Part shown: positions 17,112 through 27,384 of the stretch, piece by piece
Numbering within the stretch: position 1 is the first letter of the stretch
Layout: the number at the start of each line of letters is the position of its first letter
IMG/VR virus record: IMGVR_UViG_3300046789_000054
Location: 1 to 52,650 of that record
Reading direction: 5' to 3' (one strand)
Source: a virus
Taxonomy: Duplodnaviria > Caudoviricetes
Length of the DNA stretch: 52,650 bases
Notes under the pieces: generated by a model
Databases searched by the model: none
Told to the model about the DNA's origin: nothing
The model's input: only the letters and a program-made list of their open reading frames with translations
Made by a program: the position numbers and the translations under genes

Positions 17112-17372
17112 TCAGAGTAGCCGTTCAGGGGCAGGTGAATCCGCATGTGGGTCCGCAAGTACCCACGCTTGTCCATCGCTGAGGACCGCCACGAGTCGAC
17201 CCGCCGCGTCCACGGTGAGCGTGTAGGGGCCCACCCGCAGCGGCCCTTCCGCGGTCGCCGCTACCACTGGCCGCAGAACAGCGCGGCTCCTCGACGCCCT
17301 CGCGCCCCGCCGGATCACATCTACCAACGCAGACCCATCAGCCGACGTGCCCGTCGTGTTCCGCACCGTCAC
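17112..17372 (-). CDS. Small tail-region hypothetical protein
   Basis: GTGA coupling to upstream tail gene. Confidence 0.6.
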   Translation of the reverse strand: MTVRNTTGTSADGSALVDVIRRGARASRSRAVLRPVVAATAEGPLRVGPYTLTVDAAGRLVAVLSDGQAWVLADPHADSPAPERLL

Positions 17373-18448
17373 GTCGACTCCTCAGACCCGAACGGCGCCA
17401 ACGTCACACCGATAGCCTCTCCCGCCTCCGACCAACCCGCTGTCACCCGGATCAGCCGCTGCGTCGACCGGACCCGGCGGAGCATGTCCTCCACCGCGAC
17501 GTTCACACCTATCCCAGCGACGAGCTGCTGAACACTCACCGGAGCGGCCGGCGCCAACTGGGCGCCCTGCGGCACCCGCAGATACACCGGTGCCGGGTTC
17601 GACACCGCGACCCGCCGCTGCGCGGACACCGCCGCAGACGACTGATCCAGGATCGAGTCCTCCCGAGCGATCCGCTCGACCAACCCGAGGAACGGGTCTA
17701 CACCACCTGCAACACCGCGGAGCGGCTCACCGGATTCCCCCGTGTCGGTCTCTGTCGCCGCGCCCTCCACGATCCACCTAGTGCCGGCGTCATCACCGCT
17801 GACCTCTACCTCCAGATCCCCGAGGAAGTCCGCGTCAGTCAGCCGGGCACGGACCGGGACGAGCGGCCCGAGTTCGGGTGCGACGATGATGCGCCGCCCG
17901 ACCGTGGTGAAGTCCAGACCGTTGCGGCCCAGCTCCGCGAGCTCATCCAAGATCACGACGCTCTGGGCGTATGCAGCCCGCTCACCGATGATGCCGGACT
18001 CGGTGATCTGGAGCCACTGCTCCACGTTCGGGTCATCGCGGTGCAACCCGTTCCGGATCAGCCACCCTGCGATCAAGGACAGGTCCATCGCGGCCGCGCC
18101 CGTAAACGAATACGTCTCAGAGTTAACCCGGGCGTCCAAATAGTACAGAACGTCCCGGGCGTCGACCGTCACCGTGGTGCGGGTCTCCGTGACCTTGCTG
18201 ATCGGGCCTTGCCACACCGGCTCAGCGTCGCGGTACACCGTCAGCTCGTGGGCGAACGGAGTGATGCTGCCCAACTCCGCTGAGCACGCCGAAGCGGCGC
18301 GGCCCTTCTCGACAGTGACGGTCGCTTCGCTGATCTCATCGACGCGGCGGTCCCACTGCCCCGAGCTGATCGACGGCAAGTCGATGAGCTTCCGGGCGCC
18401 GCCACGCCAATGAACCGCCGCGGTGTGCACCCCACAGCCGAGGCTCAT
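17369..18448 (-). CDS. Minor tail protein (Tal/hub-like)
   Basis: Second gene after tape measure; 'ELTVYRD..PVWQGPI' pattern. Confidence 0.75.
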   Translation of the reverse strand: MSLGCGVHTAAVHWRGGARKLIDLPSISSGQWDRRVDEISEATVTVEKGRAASACSAELGSITPFAHELTVYRDAEPVWQGPISKVTETRTTVTVDARDVLYYLDARVNSETYSFTGAAAMDLSLIAGWLIRNGLHRDDPNVEQWLQITESGIIGERAAYAQSVVILDELAELGRNGLDFTTVGRRIIVAPELGPLVPVRARLTDADFLGDLEVEVSGDDAGTRWIVEGAATETDTGESGEPLRGVAGGVDPFLGLVERIAREDSILDQSSAAVSAQRRVAVSNPAPVYLRVPQGAQLAPAAPVSVQQLVAGIGVNVAVEDMLRRVRSTQRLIRVTAGWSEAGEAIGVTLAPFGSEEST

Positions 18449-19731
18449 GCCGCGTCCGAACGGATAACGAACCCGACCTCAGCGGACGCATCGATGCTGA
18501 CCGTGTCGGCGTCCGCTGACACTTCCACGCACATCGCTTGGCCGCAGGTCAGGATGGGCCACAGCGGTGCGGAACCTCCCGGCCCGTACACCGCCGGCAT
18601 GTACGTCTGCGCCGAAGGGCCGTGTTCCACGGTGACGGTTTCCCGGCGACCGTCGATGACAGCTACCGAACCGGCCGGCAGGAACGGGATCCCGACCTCG
18701 CCGCACACCGCGCAGGTGTCATCGAACAGGCCCTCGCAGCCACCAGGCGGTGCGGCACCGAACCGGACCCGAAGACGCCGCATGGAGGTGATACCGGTCC
18801 GCACCGTGATCAGCGGTACAGCATCGAGCCACTGCGGTGACGACCCCGCAGCGAACGTGGCCACGATCGTCGCCGCCGAGAACGCTGAGGTGCACTGCGC
18901 CGGCTCGGTCGGCACGGGAACACCCGGCGCGGGGTCCGGGTCCGGAAAGACGGGGTCCTCGATCAGTGATGGGTCCGGGCCGCATGAATTGCACGTCCCG
19001 CCGGGAGTCTCTACCCAGCGGTACGCGCAGGTGTTGTTCGGAGCGGGGAACGCGAACACCGACTGCGGAACGACTTCGGTGGGGGCGTGATGGATGTGCG
19101 GAGACCCGGCTGCCAAGGTGAACGTCACCTCGGCGATCACTGGGGCAGCCGTAGTGTTGCCGCAGGTCCGCTCCGTGAACCGCTTCACACCGGTCAGCTC
19201 AGGACCATCGAGGAGAACGACATCGAGGAGCAGCCTGGCTTGCTCATCGCCGAGCCCGGCCGGCGGCGAGCCGAAGAAGCACAGGTCATCCCCACCGCAC
19301 CCAGCGGCGCAGGGCGCCCCGGTCAGAGCTGACGTCAGCCACGACATGCCGTACGACAGCGCCTCCTCATCGAGCGCAACGAGGAGGACCGTGAACGCGA
19401 CCTCCCGATGAGTGAGACGCCGCCGCGCAGGGACCGACCCGTCCGTAGCACGCGGGGTGAGGGTTTGCTCGATGGGGTTCTTGTCGAGCCCCGTGACGGT
19501 CTTCCCGATCACGCCGCAGAACCGCTCCGACACCGGGTAGTCCTGGTCGTACCATGGTGCTTCATCAACGGGCGGCAGCACGTACCCAGCCTCATCAAGT
19601 GCCAGCGGCAACCCCGGATATCCCGCCGCGGTCTGCACCTCATGCACACCGTAGGCCCGTGCGTACGTCACGGCGCGTTCGTTGTTGACGACCTCGTTAC
19701 CCGCGAGGGAGAAGTAGCCGTGCCACGCCAT
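18445..19731 (-). CDS. Distal tail (Dit-like) protein
   Basis: First gene after tape measure; 'GYFSLAGNEVVNNERAVTY' start, 'VIDGR' near end. Confidence 0.75.
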   Translation of the reverse strand: MAWHGYFSLAGNEVVNNERAVTYARAYGVHEVQTAAGYPGLPLALDEAGYVLPPVDEAPWYDQDYPVSERFCGVIGKTVTGLDKNPIEQTLTPRATDGSVPARRRLTHREVAFTVLLVALDEEALSYGMSWLTSALTGAPCAAGCGGDDLCFFGSPPAGLGDEQARLLLDVVLLDGPELTGVKRFTERTCGNTTAAPVIAEVTFTLAAGSPHIHHAPTEVVPQSVFAFPAPNNTCAYRWVETPGGTCNSCGPDPSLIEDPVFPDPDPAPGVPVPTEPAQCTSAFSAATIVATFAAGSSPQWLDAVPLITVRTGITSMRRLRVRFGAAPPGGCEGLFDDTCAVCGEVGIPFLPAGSVAVIDGRRETVTVEHGPSAQTYMPAVYGPGGSAPLWPILTCGQAMCVEVSADADTVSIDASAEVGFVIRSDAA

Positions 19732-19732
19732 G

Positions 19733-22700
19733 TCACACCCTCCGGGCTACGGTCGCTGCGACCTTGTGAGCCACGATCAGAGGGTCCGTCGCGGGTGAGT
19801 ACACGTGGTAAGTGTCCCCGCCCCGAGAAGCGGGCCCACCAGGCGGATCATCCTGCCCGCGGCGGCGGGTAGCTGGTGTAGGTATCGGGTCCTGCCCCAG
19901 CCGGGCACCGAACCCCGCAGCAGCGCCGTCGCCGCCCCGGACCCGACGTCCGATCGATGCCCACTGCTCATCGGTCAGGACCGGTTTCGGCTGCAACACT
20001 CTGAGCTGCTCCAGACTGAACAGCGCCTCGGGGCCACCGGTCCCGTTGTACACCGTGCTCAGACCCGGTGGGAGGACCCCAGCCGAGTCGAACGACAACG
20101 CGTCCTTACGGGCCGCGACGTGCACGTGGCTGAAGTGCTGGTCGAACACCGACCGGTAGAACGAGGCGCCCACCTTCCGACCGTTCTTCACGAACCACGA
20201 CGGGGAATGGATGAGTTCGAGGAGCCGGTTCGCGATTGCGTAGAACCCCTTCGCGATGCGCGCCATCCCAGCCGAGCCGCCACCGATCAGGTCAGCTGCC
20301 AACCCCTGCCCGTGATACCCCGGGTCACCAGGTCGGAACCCGCTCGACAGCCGCGCCGCCGGGTTGAAGCGTTGCGCGACCGCGAGGATCGCACCGATCG
20401 AAGACCCCGGTTTCGACCCCAACGACGCTGGCCCCCCGGAGAAGATCGCACCGACCGTCTCGACCTTGTCCTTGATCCAGTCGATGATGCCCGTCAGGAG
20501 TCTCCGCCCAACACCGGCGAGTGCCCCACCGATCGCCCCTCCCGGTGTCCGGGAGAACTTCGCAGCGAAGCCCCGCAGCGCACCGAGGGGGTTCGCGAGG
20601 AAATCGAACGGTCCGCCCGCTGGCCCACCGCGGCTGCCGACCAACCCACCGGTTGCGTAGCCGCGGAGCTTCCCCGCATTGATCGCTTCGAGCAGCGGCA
20701 GATACTTGCCGGTCTGTCGCGTGTTCACGACGAACTCACCCGACGCGACCGGGGCGAGCATGTTGTCGGTGTGCGACGGGCGGCCGGGGATCTGCCCACC
20801 GCGGGCGAACCCCGCCGGCAGGGACACCTTCCACCCAGACGCCCCCGAGATGTTGAACAGCGAACCGATCTTCCGCGCCGCGGCGAGGATCCCGTTGTTC
20901 AAGATCGTTTCCACCACGAACCGTACGGGTGCCTTCGCGGCTTCCTTGATCGACGCCCACGCCGCAGCGATACCAGCCACTCCCCGCTTGAACCGGGCCA
21001 CGACCTGGTCCTGGATGAACGACGCGAAGATCTCGAAGATCCGCTTGATACCGGCCCACCCGTTCGCGATGGCCTGCCGCACCCCGTTCCACACCATCAG
21101 CACGATCCCCTGGAACCAGCGGAACCGGGCCACGAGCCACGCGATGCCGATCTGGATACCCAGCCAGATCCCCTGGATACCGCGCCACGCGAAGTCGATC
21201 GCGGCCTTGATCCCGGCCCACACCGGCAAGATCACCGTCTGGTACAGCCACGTGAACCAGGTTCCGAGGACCTTCAAGCCGGCCTGGATCACCCCGAACC
21301 AGAACTGCACCGCGCCCCACACAACCCCAGCGGCTACCTGCATCGCAGCCCACACAGGTTGGATAACGTTCTCCCAAAGCCACATGAACGCAGCACCGAG
21401 GATCTTCAACCAGACCTGCGCGAGCCCGAACCAGACCTTGATGATGACCATCGCGATCTGAATCGCGAGCGCGATCGCTGCCCAGATCGGTCGGATGACG
21501 TTCTGGTACAACCACACGAACACCCCACCGAGGAACTTCAACGCGGTCCAGATGTTCAGAAGGATCGGCTGGAGGATGCCCCACGCCCACACAGCGGCTT
21601 TCTGGATGCCGGACCATGCGGCCTGCACGATGTTCCGGAACGTCTCCGAGTTCTTGTACGCCAGCACGATCGCGACGACCAGAGCCACGATGATCGCGAT
21701 GATGATGCCGATCGGGTTCGCCGTCATCGCCGCGTTCAGCGCCCACTGCACCACCGTCCACGCCGCGGTAGCTGCGGCGACGGCCTTCGTCGCGATCGAT
21801 GACGCGACTGTGGCAGTCGTAGACCGGATCGTCGCGAGGAGCGCCGAGTTCGCCGCCGTTGAGTATGCCCACTGCGCAGCGGTGACCAGGGCCATCACCC
21901 CCGACCATGCGACCATCGCGACCCGCTGCGCGTTCGCCGCGACCGTCATGACCGCTGTCTTCGCCGCGACCGCCGCCTGAGCGACCGCGAGCGCCGTGAG
22001 GTAGACACGGTGCAGCAGGTAGATCCCCGTGAGGATCCCCAAGACCACCGCGAGTACCTTCGCGGTCTTCTCGTGCTCCCGGAGCCACTGCACTGATGTC
22101 TGCGTCCAAGAGACCACGGTAGCGATTGCCCCGCCTAGGGTTCGGAGTGCTACGAGGACCGCCCCTGAGATGGTCTGAGCCCACGCGCTGATCGTGGTGG
22201 AGTTCTGCTGCACCCACTGGGCGAGGCGCTCGAACGCCGGCACACCCACGTCCGCGACGAACCCCAGCAGCCGTTGCATGATCGGGAGTAGACCGGCGCC
22301 GATCTTCGCTTTCGTGTCATCGAGCCGCGCCGACAAGATCTTCTGCGAGTTCGCCAGCCCACCGGAGGTTTCAGCGAAGTCGTTCGCTGCGGCACGCCCG
22401 TCGCGCTGGATGATCGCGAGCGTCGCGGTGGCCTTCTCAGCGGCCGTCAACGATTTCGCGTTCTTCTTGTGGGTGATGCTCAGCGCCTCAGTTTCGACGC
22501 GGGCCGCGTTGATGTTCGGGATGAGGGCTTGCAGTGAGTCGAACTCGCCGCGGAACCCGGCCTGGATACGTGCCAGCACATCAGCCGTTTCGAGGTTGTT
22601 GAACGACCCGAGGTCAGCGGCGAGCTTGACGACGCCCTGGGACATCTTCACGGCTCGGGGCCCGCCGATGCCGAGCTGCTGGAACATGTTCCCGAGGCTG

Positions 22701-23206
22701 GCGGCGGCGTCCAGCGCAGCCGTCTTCGACAGGCCGAATGAGGTCGCAGCGGTCTGAGCCCACTTGGTGACCGCGGCGGCGTTCCGCCCAAAGATCACGT
22801 TGCTCTTGTTCACCGTCTCCGACAGGTCCGACGCCAGCTTGATCGTGGAAGACACGAACGACGCGATCCGGTCAACAGCGAACGCGGCAGCGATAGCCCC
22901 AGCGAACCCAGTGAGGACCGACTTGAGGCGCCCACTGGTGGACGACAGCCCATCAGCAGCAGCGGCACCGGCCTGCTTCCCAGCCCGGTCGGCTTCCCTC
23001 GTCAGGGTCCTCCCGAGAGCCTTACCTGCGTTCGTGCCGGCGGCGGCCGCGTCCTTCGTGATCCCGTCGGTGTGCTTGTCGAGGGCCTTCCGCGCCGCCA
23101 ACCCAGCCTTGTCCGTCGCCGCGACGAGCCCCCTACGCAGATCAGGGCCGACCTGGTCAGTCTCAGCGATGATCTCGACCGCTGCCTCCGCCAGGGACGC
23201 CGCCAC
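19733..23206 (-). CDS. Tape measure protein with C-terminal peptidase-like domain
   Basis: 1157 aa, Ala-rich helical, about 11-aa Trp/Phe periodicity; 'YHGQGLAADL...HFSHVHVA'. Confidence 0.92.
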   Translation of the reverse strand: MAASLAEAAVEIIAETDQVGPDLRRGLVAATDKAGLAARKALDKHTDGITKDAAAAGTNAGKALGRTLTREADRAGKQAGAAAADGLSSTSGRLKSVLTGFAGAIAAAFAVDRIASFVSSTIKLASDLSETVNKSNVIFGRNAAAVTKWAQTAATSFGLSKTAALDAAASLGNMFQQLGIGGPRAVKMSQGVVKLAADLGSFNNLETADVLARIQAGFRGEFDSLQALIPNINAARVETEALSITHKKNAKSLTAAEKATATLAIIQRDGRAAANDFAETSGGLANSQKILSARLDDTKAKIGAGLLPIMQRLLGFVADVGVPAFERLAQWVQQNSTTISAWAQTISGAVLVALRTLGGAIATVVSWTQTSVQWLREHEKTAKVLAVVLGILTGIYLLHRVYLTALAVAQAAVAAKTAVMTVAANAQRVAMVAWSGVMALVTAAQWAYSTAANSALLATIRSTTATVASSIATKAVAAATAAWTVVQWALNAAMTANPIGIIIAIIVALVVAIVLAYKNSETFRNIVQAAWSGIQKAAVWAWGILQPILLNIWTALKFLGGVFVWLYQNVIRPIWAAIALAIQIAMVIIKVWFGLAQVWLKILGAAFMWLWENVIQPVWAAMQVAAGVVWGAVQFWFGVIQAGLKVLGTWFTWLYQTVILPVWAGIKAAIDFAWRGIQGIWLGIQIGIAWLVARFRWFQGIVLMVWNGVRQAIANGWAGIKRIFEIFASFIQDQVVARFKRGVAGIAAAWASIKEAAKAPVRFVVETILNNGILAAARKIGSLFNISGASGWKVSLPAGFARGGQIPGRPSHTDNMLAPVASGEFVVNTRQTGKYLPLLEAINAGKLRGYATGGLVGSRGGPAGGPFDFLANPLGALRGFAAKFSRTPGGAIGGALAGVGRRLLTGIIDWIKDKVETVGAIFSGGPASLGSKPGSSIGAILAVAQRFNPAARLSSGFRPGDPGYHGQGLAADLIGGGSAGMARIAKGFYAIANRLLELIHSPSWFVKNGRKVGASFYRSVFDQHFSHVHVAARKDALSFDSAGVLPPGLSTVYNGTGGPEALFSLEQLRVLQPKPVLTDEQWASIGRRVRGGDGAAAGFGARLGQDPIPTPATRRRGQDDPPGGPASRGGDTYHVYSPATDPLIVAHKVAATVARRV

Positions 23207-23299
23207 CGCTCATCACCACCCGCGTCGATGACGGCCCGGCACACAGCACTGGCAGCCCCGCCCGTAGCGTACCGCCCAGGTAGCCCCGCAGCGTGCGTC

Positions 23300-23899
23300 T
23301 CAGGGGCGCCGCGCGCCCGCCCACGCCGAGCCTTGGTCCTCCGGGCGCCAACCCGGTGGGAGCGTCGCCGGATCATCCGGGTCGACATCATCCAACGCGC
23401 CAGGCGGCGGATCGAACAACCGCCGTTGCAGATCATCCAGGTCGGCCTGCTTCTCCACCCCCGACACGAGCCACGTGTACACCAATGCGAGGAAGCGGGG
23501 GAACGGCAACTCCAACGGGGCCAGGCCCCGCTCAGCGCACCACCCGTCGAACACCCACCAGTGATGCCCGGCTACCCCCACGAGCGAAGCCACAGTCCAC
23601 CCCGGCAACCCAGTGACGTCCGCGAGGATCTGCGTCGCGATGACCCGCTGCGTCGCCATGCCCAGCGGGTCCGCGTCGTTGTACAGCCGGTCGAGGAACA
23701 CTTCACGGTCCGCCGCTTCGACCATGCCCGGGACGATGTCCAACGGGTCACCCGTGGACAACGCGTCCAACCACAGCCGGGCGGGCGCGGCCGGGACTTG
23801 GTAGATCTCCTCACCCTCACCGTCCGGCGCGTCGAGAACGAACCACGCCTCGCCGGCCGCGATGATCGTCGGCCACTGCCCCGGTGGGGGACCAGCCAT
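23300..23899 (-). CDS. Tail assembly chaperone (second)
   Basis: Position immediately before tape measure. Confidence 0.65.
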   Translation of the reverse strand: MAGPPPGQWPTIIAAGEAWFVLDAPDGEGEEIYQVPAAPARLWLDALSTGDPLDIVPGMVEAADREVFLDRLYNDADPLGMATQRVIATQILADVTGLPGWTVASLVGVAGHHWWVFDGWCAERGLAPLELPFPRFLALVYTWLVSGVEKQADLDDLQRRLFDPPPGALDDVDPDDPATLPPGWRPEDQGSAWAGARRP

Positions 23900-24336
23900 C
23901 AGCTACTGCCCGGGTCCTCCGTGATGACCTCACCGGCAATGACTGGCCGCGTCTTGTGCCCTGCGCGGCGGCGTTCCGCCCGGTTGCCCTTCGCGGTCCG
24001 CCGCGTTGAGAACTCCTCCAGCAGGTAGTTCACGATCTCGCCGAGCTGCGTCACGTCGAACGAGTCCGTGCTGTTGGTGAGCCGCTGGTGGAGAACGCTG
24101 CGGCCCGCTGGGTCTACACACTCATCGAGGACACGGAAGAACACGTACAGGCGGTCCGCTTCCGATGCCATCCGCCCTGTGCCGGCGTAGAGCTGCCCGT
24201 AGAGCGCCTCACCGGGTTCGGTCGCGGTCATCACCACACCGTCGACGTCGAACCGGATCTCTTCGACCTCGATCGGGGTTTCCGGTGTCGGTGTGACGAA
24301 CTTCCGCATAGTCGCTGGTGGTGTGTCTTCTGCCAT
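23899..24336 (-). CDS. Tail assembly chaperone (first)
   Basis: Position, acidic helical composition, AAGGGG RBS. Confidence 0.65.
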   Translation of the reverse strand: MAEDTPPATMRKFVTPTPETPIEVEEIRFDVDGVVMTATEPGEALYGQLYAGTGRMASEADRLYVFFRVLDECVDPAGRSVLHQRLTNSTDSFDVTQLGEIVNYLLEEFSTRRTAKGNRAERRRAGHKTRPVIAGEVITEDPGSS

Positions 24337-24396
24337 GTGAGATCCCCTTCCCGGATCAGATGCGCTCAGCCTAGCCCCCGCTACCGGCAGTGCCCG

Positions 24397-24831
24397 CTAT
24401 CGTGCGGGGTTCCGCCGGACCGGCCACGGCGATTCGGCTTCCAACGCCTTCACAACCCAGTCGTTCTGGGGGATTCCACGCACCGACCTTGCGTACACGA
24501 ACCCGCCGCCGCGGGCAGGGAACTTCAGGTATGTCCGGCGGGTCGGGACGATCGGGGAGCGATGCGGCCCGTACACACCTGTGCCCTGCGAGTGGTACCT
24601 CGCGACCGGCGAATCCGACCCGACACGGGCGATGACCCGGGACCCCTCGACCCGCACCGCATGGTCGAACGACGCCGCGAGTTGCCCCTTGTCGCGGGGG
24701 CTCGTCTGCTTGATCCTCGCCTCGACCCGCAACGCAACACGGGTCACCTCCCGCACGACCGGGCCATGCGCCGAGGTCAGCAGCTCAGCGAGCGTCGCCT
24801 CGTGGATAGTGACCCGGCTCCGACGCGGCAC
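24397..24831 (-). CDS. HK97 gp10-like tail completion protein
   Basis: 'SPRDKGQLAAS', 'ARYHSQGTG' motifs. Confidence 0.7.
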   Translation of the reverse strand: MPRRSRVTIHEATLAELLTSAHGPVVREVTRVALRVEARIKQTSPRDKGQLAASFDHAVRVEGSRVIARVGSDSPVARYHSQGTGVYGPHRSPIVPTRRTYLKFPARGGGFVYARSVRGIPQNDWVVKALEAESPWPVRRNPAR

Positions 24832-24833
24832 AG

Positions 24834-25166
24834 CTACTCCGCAGACAGCGAGTGGACCTCGGTAGCCACCCCGGCGGCGTCCAACGCGGCGATCACATCG
24901 TCCCGGCCAGCGTCATCGGGGACAGCCACACCATGGTCCTCAGCGTAGGCACGCCACGCACCGCCACCGGAACCAGCACCGGCACGGGGCGGCAACGCTA
25001 CCCGGCCGCGGGGGACCTCCACGAGGTACCCGTTCGTGATCGCCCCATCCACCATGGGGCTCCGCACCAGAGTCGCTTCCTCATCCACGACCAGCCCCAG
25101 CACGGGAACGGATGCTCTGACTTGCACCTTGTCGACCATCACATGCTCCTCAGCAGCCGCAGTCAT
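24834..25166 (-). CDS. Hypothetical protein with HeH/LEM-like C-terminus
   Basis: 'WRAYAEDHGVAVPDDAGRDDVIAAL'; start uncertain. Confidence 0.55.
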   Translation of the reverse strand: MTAAAEEHVMVDKVQVRASVPVLGLVVDEEATLVRSPMVDGAITNGYLVEVPRGRVALPPRAGAGSGGGAWRAYAEDHGVAVPDDAGRDDVIAALDAAGVATEVHSLSAE

Positions 25167-25692
25167 ACACCAGGGTCGTGACCGTCACGATACCGCCATG
25201 GCAGCCGCCGGCCGGGCCAACCGGACGCCACGCACCGACCAACACCAGTTCGTCCTCGTCGCCGCCCGGGTCCAACCCGAAGCAGCACCGTGCGGCACGA
25301 CGCATGATCTGCGCGTCCCGCAGCGCCGCCACGGCGTCCGCTGTGAGTTCCGCGGCGGACGGAGGGGACCCGTCCTCCGTCATAGTCGCGGCGCAGCGGA
25401 AAACCCCCATCTCCAGCACCACCGCATACGTCTCCACACCGACGCCAGCAGCGACCCGGTTCCCCTGCGTCAGCGGCGTCGGGAACGACAACGTCGGGTA
25501 CACCGAGTCGACCCGGACCGATGCCTGCCCCTCCGACATGCCTGATTCGCAGTCGCAGCACTCATCCATCACCACCACTTGGCCCGGGACCAAAGATGAG
25601 CGGCACACTGGGGCTTCCGAGTCGAGTAGGTCCGTCAGGCAGCCCAGCAGCTTCTCAGCCGCCGTGATGACCGGGTCAGCGGGCAGCGTCAC
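25150..25692 (-). CDS. Head-tail connector / tail terminator-like protein
   Basis: GTGA-coupled to adaptor; 'GPAGGCHGG' motif; position. Confidence 0.6.
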   Translation of the reverse strand: MTLPADPVITAAEKLLGCLTDLLDSEAPVCRSSLVPGQVVVMDECCDCESGMSEGQASVRVDSVYPTLSFPTPLTQGNRVAAGVGVETYAVVLEMGVFRCAATMTEDGSPPSAAELTADAVAALRDAQIMRRAARCCFGLDPGGDEDELVLVGAWRPVGPAGGCHGGIVTVTTLVYDCGC

Positions 25693-26429
25693 CCGGCCCA
25701 CCTCTGCACACTCGGGGTGTCGGGGGAGTACACCCTCGACGGTTCCTGCATCCTGTTCGGGTTCACCGAAGCCAGCCACCCGTCGACGCTCGGCAACCCG
25801 GTGCGGCCCGCGTTGAGGAAGTCCATCGGGTCGAGCATCGTCATCGTGACGCCCTGCCGGGCTATCTGCGTGACCCGCTCCGGGAGGTCACACTTCCCCG
25901 TCGTGATCTGCCGCACCAACTGGCAGGCGTACGTCCCCGCCGCGGTCTGCCCACCGACCGGCACTGGGATGCCCCGCAGGTACTCCACGCTCCACGTCCC
26001 GACCTCCGTAGTCGGCAGGGACAGATCTTGTAGGAGCGGCCACGGGTCCCCGTCGCGGCGTAGCAGATCATCACCGGACAGGTACCACAGGGTGTCCGGC
26101 TGGACCACACCATCCATGATGATCTCCGACACGGACAGCACCGGGCCGGGCAGCCGAACCGCTTGGCACAGCGGCGGGCATGGGGACTCCGCCAGCGGGG
26201 CACCTACCGCGAACAGCCCTACGTCGGTCACGAGGATCGGGCGGCACGACAACGGCCGGACCAAGGTGGTGCACACACCGAACTGTCGACCCGACAACGC
26301 CCACATCAGGTCCGTCGCGATGCTCTGCGCCCACTCCTGCACCTCGGGGTCGGCGTCATCCCACGCCACACAGTCCTGCATCACCATCGGCCATGCACAT
26401 CGGCCCTCAAGGGGCGGTACGACCGTCAT
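25689..26429 (-). CDS. Head-to-tail adaptor
   Basis: 'LMWALSGRQFG', 'RVTQIARQGVT', 'TGLPSVDGWL..VNP'. Confidence 0.75.
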   Translation of the reverse strand: MTVVPPLEGRCAWPMVMQDCVAWDDADPEVQEWAQSIATDLMWALSGRQFGVCTTLVRPLSCRPILVTDVGLFAVGAPLAESPCPPLCQAVRLPGPVLSVSEIIMDGVVQPDTLWYLSGDDLLRRDGDPWPLLQDLSLPTTEVGTWSVEYLRGIPVPVGGQTAAGTYACQLVRQITTGKCDLPERVTQIARQGVTMTMLDPMDFLNAGRTGLPSVDGWLASVNPNRMQEPSRVYSPDTPSVQRWAG

Positions 26430-26446
26430 CGGGTCCCCCTACCGGG

Positions 26447-27136
26447 TCAGGGGGCTACGAGGGTCGTGCATCCGGGTGTGACGGGGACGGCCGGCGGGGG
26501 GATGACGGTGAGGTGCATGTCGAGCATCTCCGTCGCGCCGATCGGCGTCAGGAGAGGCCCGGGGGTGTTCGCCACGTCCGCGCCGTCGACGTCGTAGGGG
26601 CCCTCATCCCACAGGGAGCCCTTCTTCGTGCGGGCCTTCAGCGTGAACGATGCGACGCCGTTCTCCAAAGTGAACGCGTCGATCGACCCGGACGACAGCC
26701 ACGGCGTCAGGAAGTACCCGTAGACCTTGTCACCAGCGACACATGCCTGGTTCGGGATGTCCGACCACACCTCGATCGCGACGTTCGACGCGAGCGGTGC
26801 ACCGTTGAAGCGGTTGCCGACCGCGGCGCCCGCGTAGTCCAGCACCATCGGTTGCCCCGTGAGGAACGCCACCAGGTCCGGCTCCACGCCCGACATGACG
26901 ATCTCCAGCTCGAACCACTTGATCGCGTCCGCGTCTCGCTCATCGACGGCCAGCGACCCGTCCGCGAGTTTCTGCGTGTACTCCTCACCCTCCTCGATCT
27001 CGGGGGAGTACTGCACGCTGATGAAGCCCTTCGTGATGTACGACGCGCACGCCCCGTAAGCAACAGCGCCGCACTCATCGAGTTTCGTCGCGCGGAGCCG
27101 GCGGCCCTTGATGGAGTTCCAGGTCTTCGTGGGCAT
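26447..27136 (-). CDS. Major tail protein
   Basis: 'GRRLRATKLDECG', 'EIEEGEEYTQK' pattern; GGAGG RBS. Confidence 0.8.
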   Translation of the reverse strand: MPTKTWNSIKGRRLRATKLDECGAVAYGACASYITKGFISVQYSPEIEEGEEYTQKLADGSLAVDERDADAIKWFELEIVMSGVEPDLVAFLTGQPMVLDYAGAAVGNRFNGAPLASNVAIEVWSDIPNQACVAGDKVYGYFLTPWLSSGSIDAFTLENGVASFTLKARTKKGSLWDEGPYDVDGADVANTPGPLLTPIGATEMLDMHLTVIPPPAVPVTPGCTTLVAP

Positions 27137-27137
27137 C

Positions 27138-27380
27138 TCAGTTACCTCCGCGTGCGGGGGCGGTGCCCTTACGGGCCTTGGACGTGGTGTTGCTGGTAGT
27201 GGTCTTCACCGGCTGCGTTCGCGTGGCCACCGGCTCTGCCGCGGTGCTGTCCGTGTGAACCTCGAACGCCAACCCGCTGTCCGCTGTGACGACCCGAACG
27301 TTCTCCGCGCCGTGCTCCGCAGTCAGCGCCCGAGCCATCTCCCGGGCGTCCGCGCCGTCCTTCGGTGTGTGCAGAATCAT
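27138..27380 (-). CDS. Hypothetical protein
   Basis: Fills gap in late operon. Confidence 0.6.
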   Translation of the reverse strand: MILHTPKDGADAREMARALTAEHGAENVRVVTADSGLAFEVHTDSTAAEPVATRTQPVKTTTSNTTSKARKGTAPARGGN

Positions 27381-27384
27381 CGGG

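Noticed and set aside
20900-21700. Periodic pattern in the tape measure gene
   Set aside because: Ordinary ~11-aa aromatic periodicity of tape measure proteins.
23880-23960. Programmed frameshift between tail assembly chaperones
   Set aside because: No XXXYYYZ slippery heptamer seen; the genes are simply TGATG-coupled.
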